Shown: positions 1 through 8,220, counted from the first letter of the stretch. The stretch is DNA of 12,552 bases from Promethearchaeota archaeon (GCA_048941265.1 JBHLNT010000120.1:1-12552), one strand, 5' to 3'. The notes: generated by a model not told the origin, from the letters alone. Translations and numbers: made by a program.

Positions 1-1377
1 ACTTACGGTAATAAATGGATAAAAACACCTCATTTTGACGAGTTTGCTAAAGATTCCATCGTTTTTGATAAAGCTTATCCTGAATCTTTACCTACTATTC
101 CTGTTCGGAGAGCTATCCATACTGGAATACGAACTTTTCCCTTTAACCACAAGAGGCCGGAACTCAGAACCGATGATATTGTCATAATCCCAGGATGGCA
201 TCCAATCCCCCCTCACCAGACTCATTTAGCGGAATATATGAAAAAGCAAGGATTTGTATCATCATTTATTACAAGTACCTACCACCAATTTAAGCCAAAC
301 ATGAATTTTCATCTCGGATTCGACCAATGGAATTGGATAAGGGGTCATGAAGTTGATAAATTCCGGGTAATACTTCGGGAAGGGAGTAAAAAGCTCAAAC
401 AAATACTTAGAGAACACACGGTAATAGACCTTGAGGGTAAAGATTATCAAACTCGTGTGTTGAAAACTCACTTTTCTAATGTTCAAGGAAGAAAAGAGGA
501 AAAGGACTATTTTCCAGGTCAAACTTTTAATAAAGCAGTAGAATTTGTAAAAGATAGTTTAAATTTCAAAAATGTATTCTGTTGTGTGGATGAGTTCGAT
601 CCGCATGAACCATGGGACCCACCTCAAAAATATCGTGATCTCTATATCGATAAAAATTATAAAGGTAATAAAATTGTCACTCCCGCTTATAGAAGGGATA
701 TAGATTATCTTACAGAAGAGGAATTAAAATATATGAGAGGTTGTTATGCCGGAGAAGTGTCTATGTGTGATAATTGGTTCGGATTTTTCATCAATGAACT
801 TAAAAATATGGAATTGTATGAGGAATCCTTAATTATTTTAATAAGTGATCACGGGCATAGTATCGGAGAACATAATGCTACTGGAAAAATTCCATTTAAT
901 ATTTATCCTGAACTGGTTGATATTCCTTTAATGATAAAACCCCCAGGGGGCATTAACGGTCCAAAAAGAATTAAAAAAACCTATGTTTATGACCATGATC
1001 TTTTACCGACTATCTTTGGATTCCTAAATCGAGATAAGCCGGAGGTTTTTGATGGAATAGACCTTTCGATTTTTGATGAACAAGATGATCAAGTTTTAGA
1101 GAATCGTGATTATATAACCTGTGGATTTCATGCGTTTACCTTATATAAAGATGATCAATATGCATTAATTACATCCAATAATAGAAAATTTCAAAAATTA
1201 TTTGATTTATCAAAAGATCCCGATTGGAATGAGAATATAGCCGATGATAATCAAGATATTTATAATGAGCTATTCAAAATAATAGAAAAGGATGCGAAGG
1301 GGGAACTACTTATGGAAGATGAGTCGCAATTGTTGAGATCAATGGAATGGTATGATGAAAAAAAAACTAGCGAATAG
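1..1377 (+). CDS. Sulfatase-like hydrolase (alkaline phosphatase superfamily), 5'-truncated by the window edge
   Basis: The frame of ORF 238..1377 is open back to base 1 (TYGNKWIKTPHFDEFAKDSIVFDKAYPESLPTIPVRRAIHTG...), so the true start lies upstream of the window. Sulfatase hallmarks: KTPHFD, xPxR-x4-TG signature (TIPVRRAIHTG), DPHEPW, SDHG metal-binding motif, IPLMIK, HDLLPTI, LFDLSKDP. Confidence 0.9.
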   Translation, partial: TYGNKWIKTPHFDEFAKDSIVFDKAYPESLPTIPVRRAIHTGIRTFPFNHKRPELRTDDIVIIPGWHPIPPHQTHLAEYMKKQGFVSSFITSTYHQFKPNMNFHLGFDQWNWIRGHEVDKFRVILREGSKKLKQILREHTVIDLEGKDYQTRVLKTHFSNVQGRKEEKDYFPGQTFNKAVEFVKDSLNFKNVFCCVDEFDPHEPWDPPQKYRDLYIDKNYKGNKIVTPAYRRDIDYLTEEELKYMRGCYAGEVSMCDNWFGFFINELKNMELYEESLIILISDHGHSIGEHNATGKIPFNIYPELVDIPLMIKPPGGINGPKRIKKTYVYDHDLLPTIFGFLNRDKPEVFDGIDLSIFDEQDDQVLENRDYITCGFHAFTLYKDDQYALITSNNRKFQKLFDLSKDPDWNENIADDNQDIYNELFKIIEKDAKGELLMEDESQLLRSMEWYDEKKTSE

Positions 1378-1395
1378 CATTGTATATTAATGATA

Positions 1396-1403
1396 TTTAT
1401 ATT
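1396..1403 (+). promoter_or_regulatory. Candidate archaeal TATA box for the first GNAT gene (near-leaderless transcript)
   Basis: TTTATATT ends about 24 nt before the ATG at 1427, a typical archaeal spacing. The AT-rich background weakens the call. Confidence 0.35.
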
Positions 1404-1426
1404 ACTTACTTTCTTTATTCTTAATC

Positions 1427-2026
1427 ATGCCTAAACCTAAATCCGAAGATTGGTTTAATCAGATCAGGAAAAATATTAGAGACACTTTTCAAAATATTAC
1501 GGCTGAAATTCTAGATGTATTTGAAGAACGTCCATCTTATGTTCAAATGAGACTTCCTGTTGACAAAATTACACAGGAGTTTGAAGAATCCTTGAAAGAA
1601 AAAATCGAACAGGGTGTGCTTCAAGCAGAGATACGGAAGGCTACAGAGCAAGATATTGAAAAAGTATATAATATATATAGTAAAGCATGGCAATCCACTT
1701 CGATGCCATTTCGAGAGGTTAGTCAGGATACTTTTTTAAAGTTTCAAAAACAATTCAATACTATTTTTTTAGTTGCTCGGGTTGAATCCATTGATAGTGG
1801 ATTTATCCTTATCCATTTTGAGGGAAAAAATAACGAGATTGGAGTAATTAACGGATTTGGAGTCTTACCTCAATTTCAACACAAAGGTTTGGGTATTACT
1901 CTCGCAATGGCCGCCTGGAATTACTTCAAAGAGAGAGGCGTTAGGGAGCTTCGATGTGAGGTTCATAAGGATAATAAAATTCCATATGCGTTTATCAAAA
2001 GTCTTGGCTTCGAAGAAATGCTTTAA
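1427..2026 (+). CDS. GNAT family N-acetyltransferase (paralogue 1)
   Basis: 199 aa. Start-of-domain IRKATEQD, acetyl-CoA motif A VLPQFQHKGLG, and motif B region LRCEVHKDN...FIKSLGF. Confidence 0.9.
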   Translation: MPKPKSEDWFNQIRKNIRDTFQNITAEILDVFEERPSYVQMRLPVDKITQEFEESLKEKIEQGVLQAEIRKATEQDIEKVYNIYSKAWQSTSMPFREVSQDTFLKFQKQFNTIFLVARVESIDSGFILIHFEGKNNEIGVINGFGVLPQFQHKGLGITLAMAAWNYFKERGVRELRCEVHKDNKIPYAFIKSLGFEEML

Positions 2027-2158
2027 GAGAACCATTTCTTCAGGTTATAAGAGGAGAGTATAAATAATATAATAACGAATATCAAATTAACGTTTCATTT
2101 TATTGTATTTTCCACACTTTAATATATCTAAAAAAATTGCATATATGATTTGATATGA

Positions 2159-2788
2159 ATGTCAGAAGATCAATCTAAGAGCAAATTTAGCCTTAAAAGG
2201 GAAAAAGTGAGAAGTGTTTTTCAGCATTTTGTCGATGGCATTACCGGATTATTTTACAGTAGAATTGATTATATACAAATGAGGTTATCAGTTGATAAGA
2301 TAACAAAAGAATTCGAGGATTCATTAAGAGAGAAAATTGAGCATAATGTGGTTCATGCTAAAATCCGCGAAGCAAGTGAAGAAGATATTGAACATATAAT
2401 GAAAGTGTATGATCTTGCGTGGCATTCAAGTCCAATGCCCATAAGGGATGTGGGCAAAGCAACATTCTTAAAAATCTTTAAAGAACCCACATCTAAGTTT
2501 TTAATTGCAAGCATCGATTCCCAGGATGCTGGTTTTATTCTTATTGATCTCGAGGGAAGAAATAATGAGATCGGGTTGATTGGAGGTTTAGGTGTTTTAC
2601 CGAAGTTCCAGCATAAAGGGGTAGGTACCGTTTTAGCAATAGCAGCATGGGACTATTTTAAAAAAAAAGGAGCTAAAGAGCTTAGATGTGAAGTCTATAA
2701 GGATAATCTAATACCTTATTCTTTCATAAAAAGTCTTGGCTTTGAAGAATACACTAAAAGTTTTGATTTTGATCATTTAATGAAATAA
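2159..2788 (+). CDS. GNAT family N-acetyltransferase (paralogue 2)
   Basis: 209 aa. IREASEED, VLPKFQHKGVG, LRCEVYKDN...FIKSLGF; colinear with the upstream paralogue. Confidence 0.9.
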   Translation: MSEDQSKSKFSLKREKVRSVFQHFVDGITGLFYSRIDYIQMRLSVDKITKEFEDSLREKIEHNVVHAKIREASEEDIEHIMKVYDLAWHSSPMPIRDVGKATFLKIFKEPTSKFLIASIDSQDAGFILIDLEGRNNEIGLIGGLGVLPKFQHKGVGTVLAIAAWDYFKKKGAKELRCEVYKDNLIPYSFIKSLGFEEYTKSFDFDHLMK

Positions 2789-2911
2789 TTCATCTTTTTT
2801 AGAAAAAAGGAAAAAAAAGTGAACGGTTTTAAAGCTTCTGTAGCTATGTAAAACTTTTTAATTTGAAATGAATTAAAAAAAATATCATTAAAAAAGAGCT
2901 TAATTTAGAAC

Positions 2912-4171
2912 ATGCTGAAAGTAGGGATAATAGGCACAGGTAGAGTATCTGATCTTAATTATTTAGCATATTATTATTCTTCCGATGCAGAAATAATTGC
3001 TGTTGCTAATACTGATAAGAATGAAGCAATAGAAAAATTGAAAAAGTGGAATTTAAGAACTGTTAAAGTATACACTGATTATAAAAAAATGATTGATAAT
3101 GAAGAGCTTGATATTGTTGAAATTTTAACCCCACACCATTTACATTGCTCAATGACAGAATACGCTGCGAAGGCTGGAGTGCCTGGAATATCTGTCCAAA
3201 AACCATTAGCACATACAATTTCAGACTGTGAGAAAATTATTCAGATTTGTGAGGAGGAAAAAGTTAAATTAAGATCGTTTGAAAATTTTCGATTTTATCC
3301 ACCCTACCTAAAAGCAAAAGAACTGCTTGACAACGGGATAATTGGAGAAACTATAAATTTTAGAATTAATACGATTGAATTTACAGGACCAGGTTGGCCA
3401 GTGAAACCAAGTTCATACCAATGGAGAGTTCAAATTGATAAATGTGGAGGAGGTCCATGGATATATGATGATGGGATTCATAAATTTTCCGTGGCGCTAT
3501 GGCTTATGGATCAAGATCGAGTAGAAAAAGTATATTCATGGATTGATTTCTTTACTGGAGTGATTGATGGGCCCGCTAATGTTTTTTGGAAATACCCAAC
3601 TAAAAATTCGGGTGATCCTCCTAAATATGGGTCTCTGGAGTTTTCTATGCCCCCAAATTTGTATTATCCTTCAAATTACTATGCCTGTGATGAATTTATT
3701 GAGATTTCGGGAACTAAGGGTATAATGTGGCTAAATCAATGTACAGCAGGGGGAAATTTCTTGTCAGAAACACCTCAATTTCCTCCCATTGTTGTATATG
3801 TTGATGGAGATATTAAAACATATGGGGAAGATCTACCAAGAGACTGGAGATATTCATTTATTAATGCAACGGAACATTTTATAGAAGTAATGAAAACTGG
3901 ACATGGAGAACCTATATATACTGGGGAACAAGGGAAAAACTTATGTATTTTTGCAAAAATGCCGTATATTTCGAATCAACGACGTAATATTGTTTATTGG
4001 GAAGAAATGACCTCAGAAAACGAAGATAAGGGATTATGTCAAGTTGAAGACCTTTCAGAAGGAAATGGAAGAGGAAATACAAGATTTTCTATTCGGAAAA
4101 AGAGAGATATGAGAAAAGGTATTGAACAAGGCTTAGAACATAAAGATTTTAATTATGAATACGATGACTGA
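2912..4171 (+). CDS. Gfo/Idh/MocA family NAD(P)-dependent oxidoreductase with C-terminal extension
   Basis: Rossmann start KVGIIGTG, DIVEILTPHHLH, QKP (EKP variant), ENFRFYP, GGGPWIYDDGIH (catalytic DxxxH). Confidence 0.92.
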   Translation: MLKVGIIGTGRVSDLNYLAYYYSSDAEIIAVANTDKNEAIEKLKKWNLRTVKVYTDYKKMIDNEELDIVEILTPHHLHCSMTEYAAKAGVPGISVQKPLAHTISDCEKIIQICEEEKVKLRSFENFRFYPPYLKAKELLDNGIIGETINFRINTIEFTGPGWPVKPSSYQWRVQIDKCGGGPWIYDDGIHKFSVALWLMDQDRVEKVYSWIDFFTGVIDGPANVFWKYPTKNSGDPPKYGSLEFSMPPNLYYPSNYYACDEFIEISGTKGIMWLNQCTAGGNFLSETPQFPPIVVYVDGDIKTYGEDLPRDWRYSFINATEHFIEVMKTGHGEPIYTGEQGKNLCIFAKMPYISNQRRNIVYWEEMTSENEDKGLCQVEDLSEGNGRGNTRFSIRKKRDMRKGIEQGLEHKDFNYEYDD

Positions 4172-4261
4172 TTTTGTTTTTACTAAAGAATATAATATTT
4201 AGATATAATTGGTTTTTCATGAAACAGAAATTTCACGAATAGTTATGCTTTTTGGTTAATT

Positions 4262-4489
4262 TTGACTGGTTTAATTATTACATTTAGCGCTTATCTTACA
4301 TTAGCAATTTTATTAAGATTATATTCTATATTTCTTATTCTTGTATTTATTATATGGATGATATTTATATTATCTTGTCTTTGGGTATATATCAGAGATA
4401 AAATATTTCTCTCCAAAATATCATCACAGGAAATAGGAAACTATAATAAAAAAGATATTAAAAGCCTTCAACCAAATGAAATTAGCTAA
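4262..4489 (+). CDS. Small membrane protein (about 2 TM), start uncertain and possibly frameshifted
   Basis: 75-aa ORF from TTG with two hydrophobic stretches and a polar tail, filling the gap between convergent genes. The frame is open upstream to 4223, and an ATG at 4219 is one base out of frame. Confidence 0.5.
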   Translation: MTGLIITFSAYLTLAILLRLYSIFLILVFIIWMIFILSCLWVYIRDKIFLSKISSQEIGNYNKKDIKSLQPNEIS

Positions 4490-4537
4490 ATCTGATCCCT
4501 CTTTTTGGAGATAGGATTACAAATTTAGAGCTTTCTT

Positions 4538-5809
4538 TTAATCTCTTTTTACAACGTCCCTAGCTTCCCCTCCCTTAACAAAAAACATTGAAACTAAAGC
4601 TGCTATAAAGAAAAGTGAAATAATTAGAAAAAAGATATCAGTTCCAAGGAAATCAATAATAAAACCAACTATCGTGGGACCTAGTATAGCCCCTATGAAA
4701 ATTGCAAGGAAATAGAGCCCCGTAGATGTTCCCGTATTTTTACTTGAAGGAAGCAGTTCCCAGAGAATAACAACTACATGTATAACTATAAAAGAAAATC
4801 CTACTCCCGCTATAATAAGCCCGATGATTATCATTAGAGGAGTTTGAAATAAATGACATAATATCATTCCAAAAAAAAATTCTATTAGACCTATTTTAAT
4901 TGTTAATTTTCTCCCAATTTTGGTACCTATTATACCAGAAGGAATGGTCATCAATAAAAAAGATAAGGATAAAAAAATTAATAATGTTCCTGCGAGACTT
5001 CTTTCCAATTTCAAGACATCTGTGGCATATACACTGAAAAGTGATCTGAGTCCATAATATCCCGCTGAATACAAGAAAATAGCTAATAATAGAGCAATCG
5101 CACTTTTATCCTTGCTTTTAAGAATGTATCTAATATTTTCTATTAAACTTTGAAAAGGACCATCATTATTGTTATCTTTTTTTTTCTCCATTTCGATTAT
5201 TAGTTGATACCCATAAGAATCATTTTCATTAATCTTTAGCAACATCAAAATTAAACACATCACCATAATTAGAGCAATTATTAAAAATCCTAAAGCAAGG
5301 CTGATAGGCACCAAGAAAAAACTTATAATAAACGCAAGAATGGAGCCTATACTTGCCATAAAATTAAATACCGCGTATCCTTTACTTCTGTTGACTGGTT
5401 TTATAAAGTCTGGCATAAGAGCAATAGACTGAGATCTAAAACACGACATAAAAAAAGTAAATATAAACATATAGAGGAGCAATAACCAGAGAGGATCTGA
5501 ACTGGGATTTATTGTTGAGATTAGGATAAAAAAGAGTGCGGATAGAGGAATTCCAACCATTAAATAGGGCATTCTCCTTCCGAATCTAGTCCGAGTTTTA
5601 TCGGATACAGAACTGATTATTGGGATGACAATGATAGGAATGATATTAAAAATCGCAATCCAAAAACCGACTAACCCATAAGAACCTAGATATTGAAAGA
5701 GAGTTATAGATACTTGAGCATAATAAAAAGTCCAACAGAGTATATTAATGAAAAAACCTAAACTAAGAAAGAGTGTTAAATGTAAATTAAATTTGTCTTG
5801 TTCAGTCAT
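4538..5809 (-). CDS. MFS transporter, GPH/SLC45-like (sugar or glycoside) type
   Basis: 423 aa with about 12 hydrophobic segments in a 6+6 layout. Loop motif SDKTRTRFGRRMPY, ALMPDFIKPVNRSKG, and second-half motif GIIGTKIGRK. Confidence 0.9.
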   Translation of the reverse strand: MTEQDKFNLHLTLFLSLGFFINILCWTFYYAQVSITLFQYLGSYGLVGFWIAIFNIIPIIVIPIISSVSDKTRTRFGRRMPYLMVGIPLSALFFILISTINPSSDPLWLLLLYMFIFTFFMSCFRSQSIALMPDFIKPVNRSKGYAVFNFMASIGSILAFIISFFLVPISLALGFLIIALIMVMCLILMLLKINENDSYGYQLIIEMEKKKDNNNDGPFQSLIENIRYILKSKDKSAIALLLAIFLYSAGYYGLRSLFSVYATDVLKLERSLAGTLLIFLSLSFLLMTIPSGIIGTKIGRKLTIKIGLIEFFFGMILCHLFQTPLMIIIGLIIAGVGFSFIVIHVVVILWELLPSSKNTGTSTGLYFLAIFIGAILGPTIVGFIIDFLGTDIFFLIISLFFIAALVSMFFVKGGEARDVVKRD

Positions 5810-5824
5810 TATTTCAAGGAGAAT

Positions 5825-6931
5825 TCAGTTTATATCATCAATATAAATTTCTTTACCAATTTCTGATGATTTAATAGCAGCTAAGTTAAATTTTAAAATA
5901 TATTTTGCTTGTTCACCAGATAAAATTGGATCTTTATTTCCTTTAATTACCTCAATAAAATGTTTGGTCGCATTGATGAAACTACATTTCCAATCTTTTT
6001 CAAAATCGGAGTAGGTTTCAACTTTACCGTCTCGAATTATAACTATTGGAGGGAATACTTCTGAATTTGACATTTTATTTCCAATTGACGTTCCTTGATT
6101 AACTTTCATTAAACCTCGACTTCCGATGATTTCAATAAACTCATCAGTAGGATAATATTTAGAGGGAAGCTCCATTTCAGGCATTAGAGCAAATTCCATG
6201 TTTCCATATTGCGGGACAACGTGCTCTCTACTTGCTTTAAATTTCCACATTACATACGCAGGAGCGTCTATTCCTTTATAATTATCAGTCCATGCAAAGA
6301 CTCTTTCAATATCCTCCCCAAATAGCCACCAACCTAAAGTGAATGCATGCCAGCCATTATCAAGAAGAACAGGAGATCCTTTTTCAGCACCACCCACTAG
6401 GCTTGGATCTAATCGCCACTTATCAGCACTTTCTGGAATAAACCATCCTCCTTTAGCACCCATGGCAATTTTGATTCTAATAGACGAGGGATCTCCTATG
6501 TAATCTTGATCAATAAGTTGTTTTGCTTTTAGAATGTGAGGATCAAACACAAAGTTTTCATAAATAGATAAAATTGAGCCTGACTCCTTACAAGCATCAA
6601 TCATCTTATCTGCTTCTTCTAATGACATAGCCATTGGTTTTTGGACTGATATTCCTTTTATCCTTTTTTGAGTAGCATAAATTGTTGCTTCAGCGTGCAG
6701 ATGGTGAGGTAAGAGAATTTCTACTATATCTAAATTCTCACTATCAATCATTTCTTTATAATCAGAATATACTGGAATTGACTTGTTAAGCTTAAACTTA
6801 TCGATTTTCTCCTTAGCTTTTTCAATTGTCCGATTACATAAGCATGTGATTTCCACATCATTATTATTAAGATAACCAAGCACGTTTAAGTCAAAAATTA
6901 CTCCAGTCCCTATTATTCCTACTTTTAACAT
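5825..6931 (-). CDS. Gfo/Idh/MocA family NAD(P)-dependent oxidoreductase (paralogue of 2912..4171)
   Basis: MLKVGIIGTG, DIVEILLPHHLH, SVQKPMA, LLDNGWH. A 15-bp gap to the MFS gene suggests co-transcription. Confidence 0.92.
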   Translation of the reverse strand: MLKVGIIGTGVIFDLNVLGYLNNNDVEITCLCNRTIEKAKEKIDKFKLNKSIPVYSDYKEMIDSENLDIVEILLPHHLHAEATIYATQKRIKGISVQKPMAMSLEEADKMIDACKESGSILSIYENFVFDPHILKAKQLIDQDYIGDPSSIRIKIAMGAKGGWFIPESADKWRLDPSLVGGAEKGSPVLLDNGWHAFTLGWWLFGEDIERVFAWTDNYKGIDAPAYVMWKFKASREHVVPQYGNMEFALMPEMELPSKYYPTDEFIEIIGSRGLMKVNQGTSIGNKMSNSEVFPPIVIIRDGKVETYSDFEKDWKCSFINATKHFIEVIKGNKDPILSGEQAKYILKFNLAAIKSSEIGKEIYIDDIN

Positions 6932-7019
6932 AACACTTATTAAAAATTTCTAAAGAAATTAAATATGTATAATATCTATTTTTAAAAATATTTAACCATC
7001 AAAATCGATAAAAACCTAG

Positions 7020-7181
7020 TTTGGATTTATAGATTGGAACAAAATTACAGTAAGCTGCAAAACATCTAATTGACTTAGAGTTTATTTTAGTGCGGATTAT
7101 ATAAGAGAGCACGTAAAAGAATACTCTGAGGAGGTATTAACGAATTTAATAAGAAATCAAATAGGCGAAAAGAAAGATTAA
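7020..7181 (+). pseudogene. Possible degraded gene fragment with one in-frame TGA
   Basis: Reads FGFIDWNKITVSCKTSN*LRVYFSADYIREHVKEYSEEVLTNLIRNQIGEKKD*, protein-like and purine-rich, with no canonical in-frame start codon. Confidence 0.25.
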
Positions 7182-7284
7182 ATTTAAAGTGAGTTCTATG
7201 CTGATTTGAAGAAATTGAGTATTCAATACTAACAAATTTGTATTTAGTAAATTAATTTCTAATAAGTCATAAGTTAGTGTCTCA

Positions 7285-8220
7285 TTATTTTAAAAAATTT
7301 GATACAAATTTAAAATCTTCAAAATCGAATGGTTTTAAAATCAGTCCATTTGCTCCTGTTTCATTTTTTTTTTTCTCAGCTTCTTTTTTTGGAATTGCTG
7401 TTAAATATACTATTGGAATATCTTTATATTTTATATTAGACTTTAATTTTTTGCAAAATTTATCTCCCATCATATCAGGCAAGAATATATCGAGAAGAAT
7501 TAATTTAGGGATATTACTGTTTAATTCTTTTAACGCATCTCTCGTGTTAAACACACATTTAAAGGAAACACCTGATCTTCTAAAGTGTTCGGAAACTAAT
7601 TTGGTTGTTCCAATATCGTCATCGATTAATAATACATTATATTTAGAGTGTTTAACAATAGAAGATTCAAAATAATATTTTAATCTGTCTTCTAAGTCTA
7701 AACAGGATTTATCAAGTTCTTGAAAATAATGATTCTTTTTAAGTTGAGGAAGATCGTCAAGAATTAAATTACTAAAACCTCTTATAAGAGATAAAGGTTC
7801 CTTTAAATCGTGAAAGATCTCAGAATTAGTAAATTTCTCTTTTTGATAGTAATTTTTAATTGATTCAGTAGTTAAATTTGAAACTGACTTGAAATTTGTT
7901 CTTTCACCAAATCCTTTAAGTAAATTGGTAATATCTATTAAATAACTTACAGCTAATCTTAGTAGTTTTGAAATTGAACTATATTCGTTTTCATGAGCAA
8001 ATTTAATCCATTTATCTTTCGTATTAAAATTTAAATAAGTAACAACTTTTTCAATATCTTGGTTATAAGAATAAATTTTTTCTCCTTTTTTCCATTTTTT
8101 AAAACTAGCGGTAATTTTTTCTTGCCAAATAGCTTTTTTACCTGTTTCCTCCTCGAATAGGACCATTTCTTTTGTTTTTTTGCTCTTAGCGATTTTAAAA
8201 TCCACCCTATTTTTTTTCAT
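7285..8220 (-). CDS. Atypical response regulator: N-terminal ETGKxAIW motif, putative ribbon-helix-helix, HisKA/DHp-like helices, C-terminal receiver domain
   Basis: Receiver: VLLIDDD, LILLD244IFLPD, T274, K296P. H-box-like FH137DLKEPLSLIRGFS with no HATPase boxes. Strand-helix-helix pattern at aa ~57-97 (KVVTYLNFNTKDKWIKFAHENEYSSISKLLRLAVSYLI). The receiver call is firm; the RHH call is by pattern only. Confidence 0.85.
   Translation of the reverse strand: MKKNRVDFKIAKSKKTKEMVLFEEETGKKAIWQEKITASFKKWKKGEKIYSYNQDIEKVVTYLNFNTKDKWIKFAHENEYSSISKLLRLAVSYLIDITNLLKGFGERTNFKSVSNLTTESIKNYYQKEKFTNSEIFHDLKEPLSLIRGFSNLILDDLPQLKKNHYFQELDKSCLDLEDRLKYYFESSIVKHSKYNVLLIDDDIGTTKLVSEHFRRSGVSFKCVFNTRDALKELNSNIPKLILLDIFLPDMMGDKFCKKLKSNIKYKDIPIVYLTAIPKKEAEKKKNETGANGLILKPFDFEDFKFVSNFLK

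Noticed and set aside
262-522. 86-aa minus-strand ORF
   Set aside because: Antisense shadow inside the well-supported sulfatase-like gene, with no motifs.
1511-1693. 60-aa minus-strand ORF
   Set aside because: Antisense shadow of GNAT paralogue 1.
1857-2063. 68-aa plus-strand ORF
   Set aside because: Alternative frame overlapping GNAT paralogue 1, with no recognisable features.
2794-2809. CTTTTTT-AG-AAAAAAG hairpin after GNAT paralogue 2
   Set aside because: Nearly all A:T pairs with a 2-nt loop; at most an ordinary oligo-T terminator.
7277-7675. 132-aa plus-strand ORF
   Set aside because: Antisense to the receiver domain; its Phe/Ser/Ile-rich composition is typical of a reverse-complement artefact.
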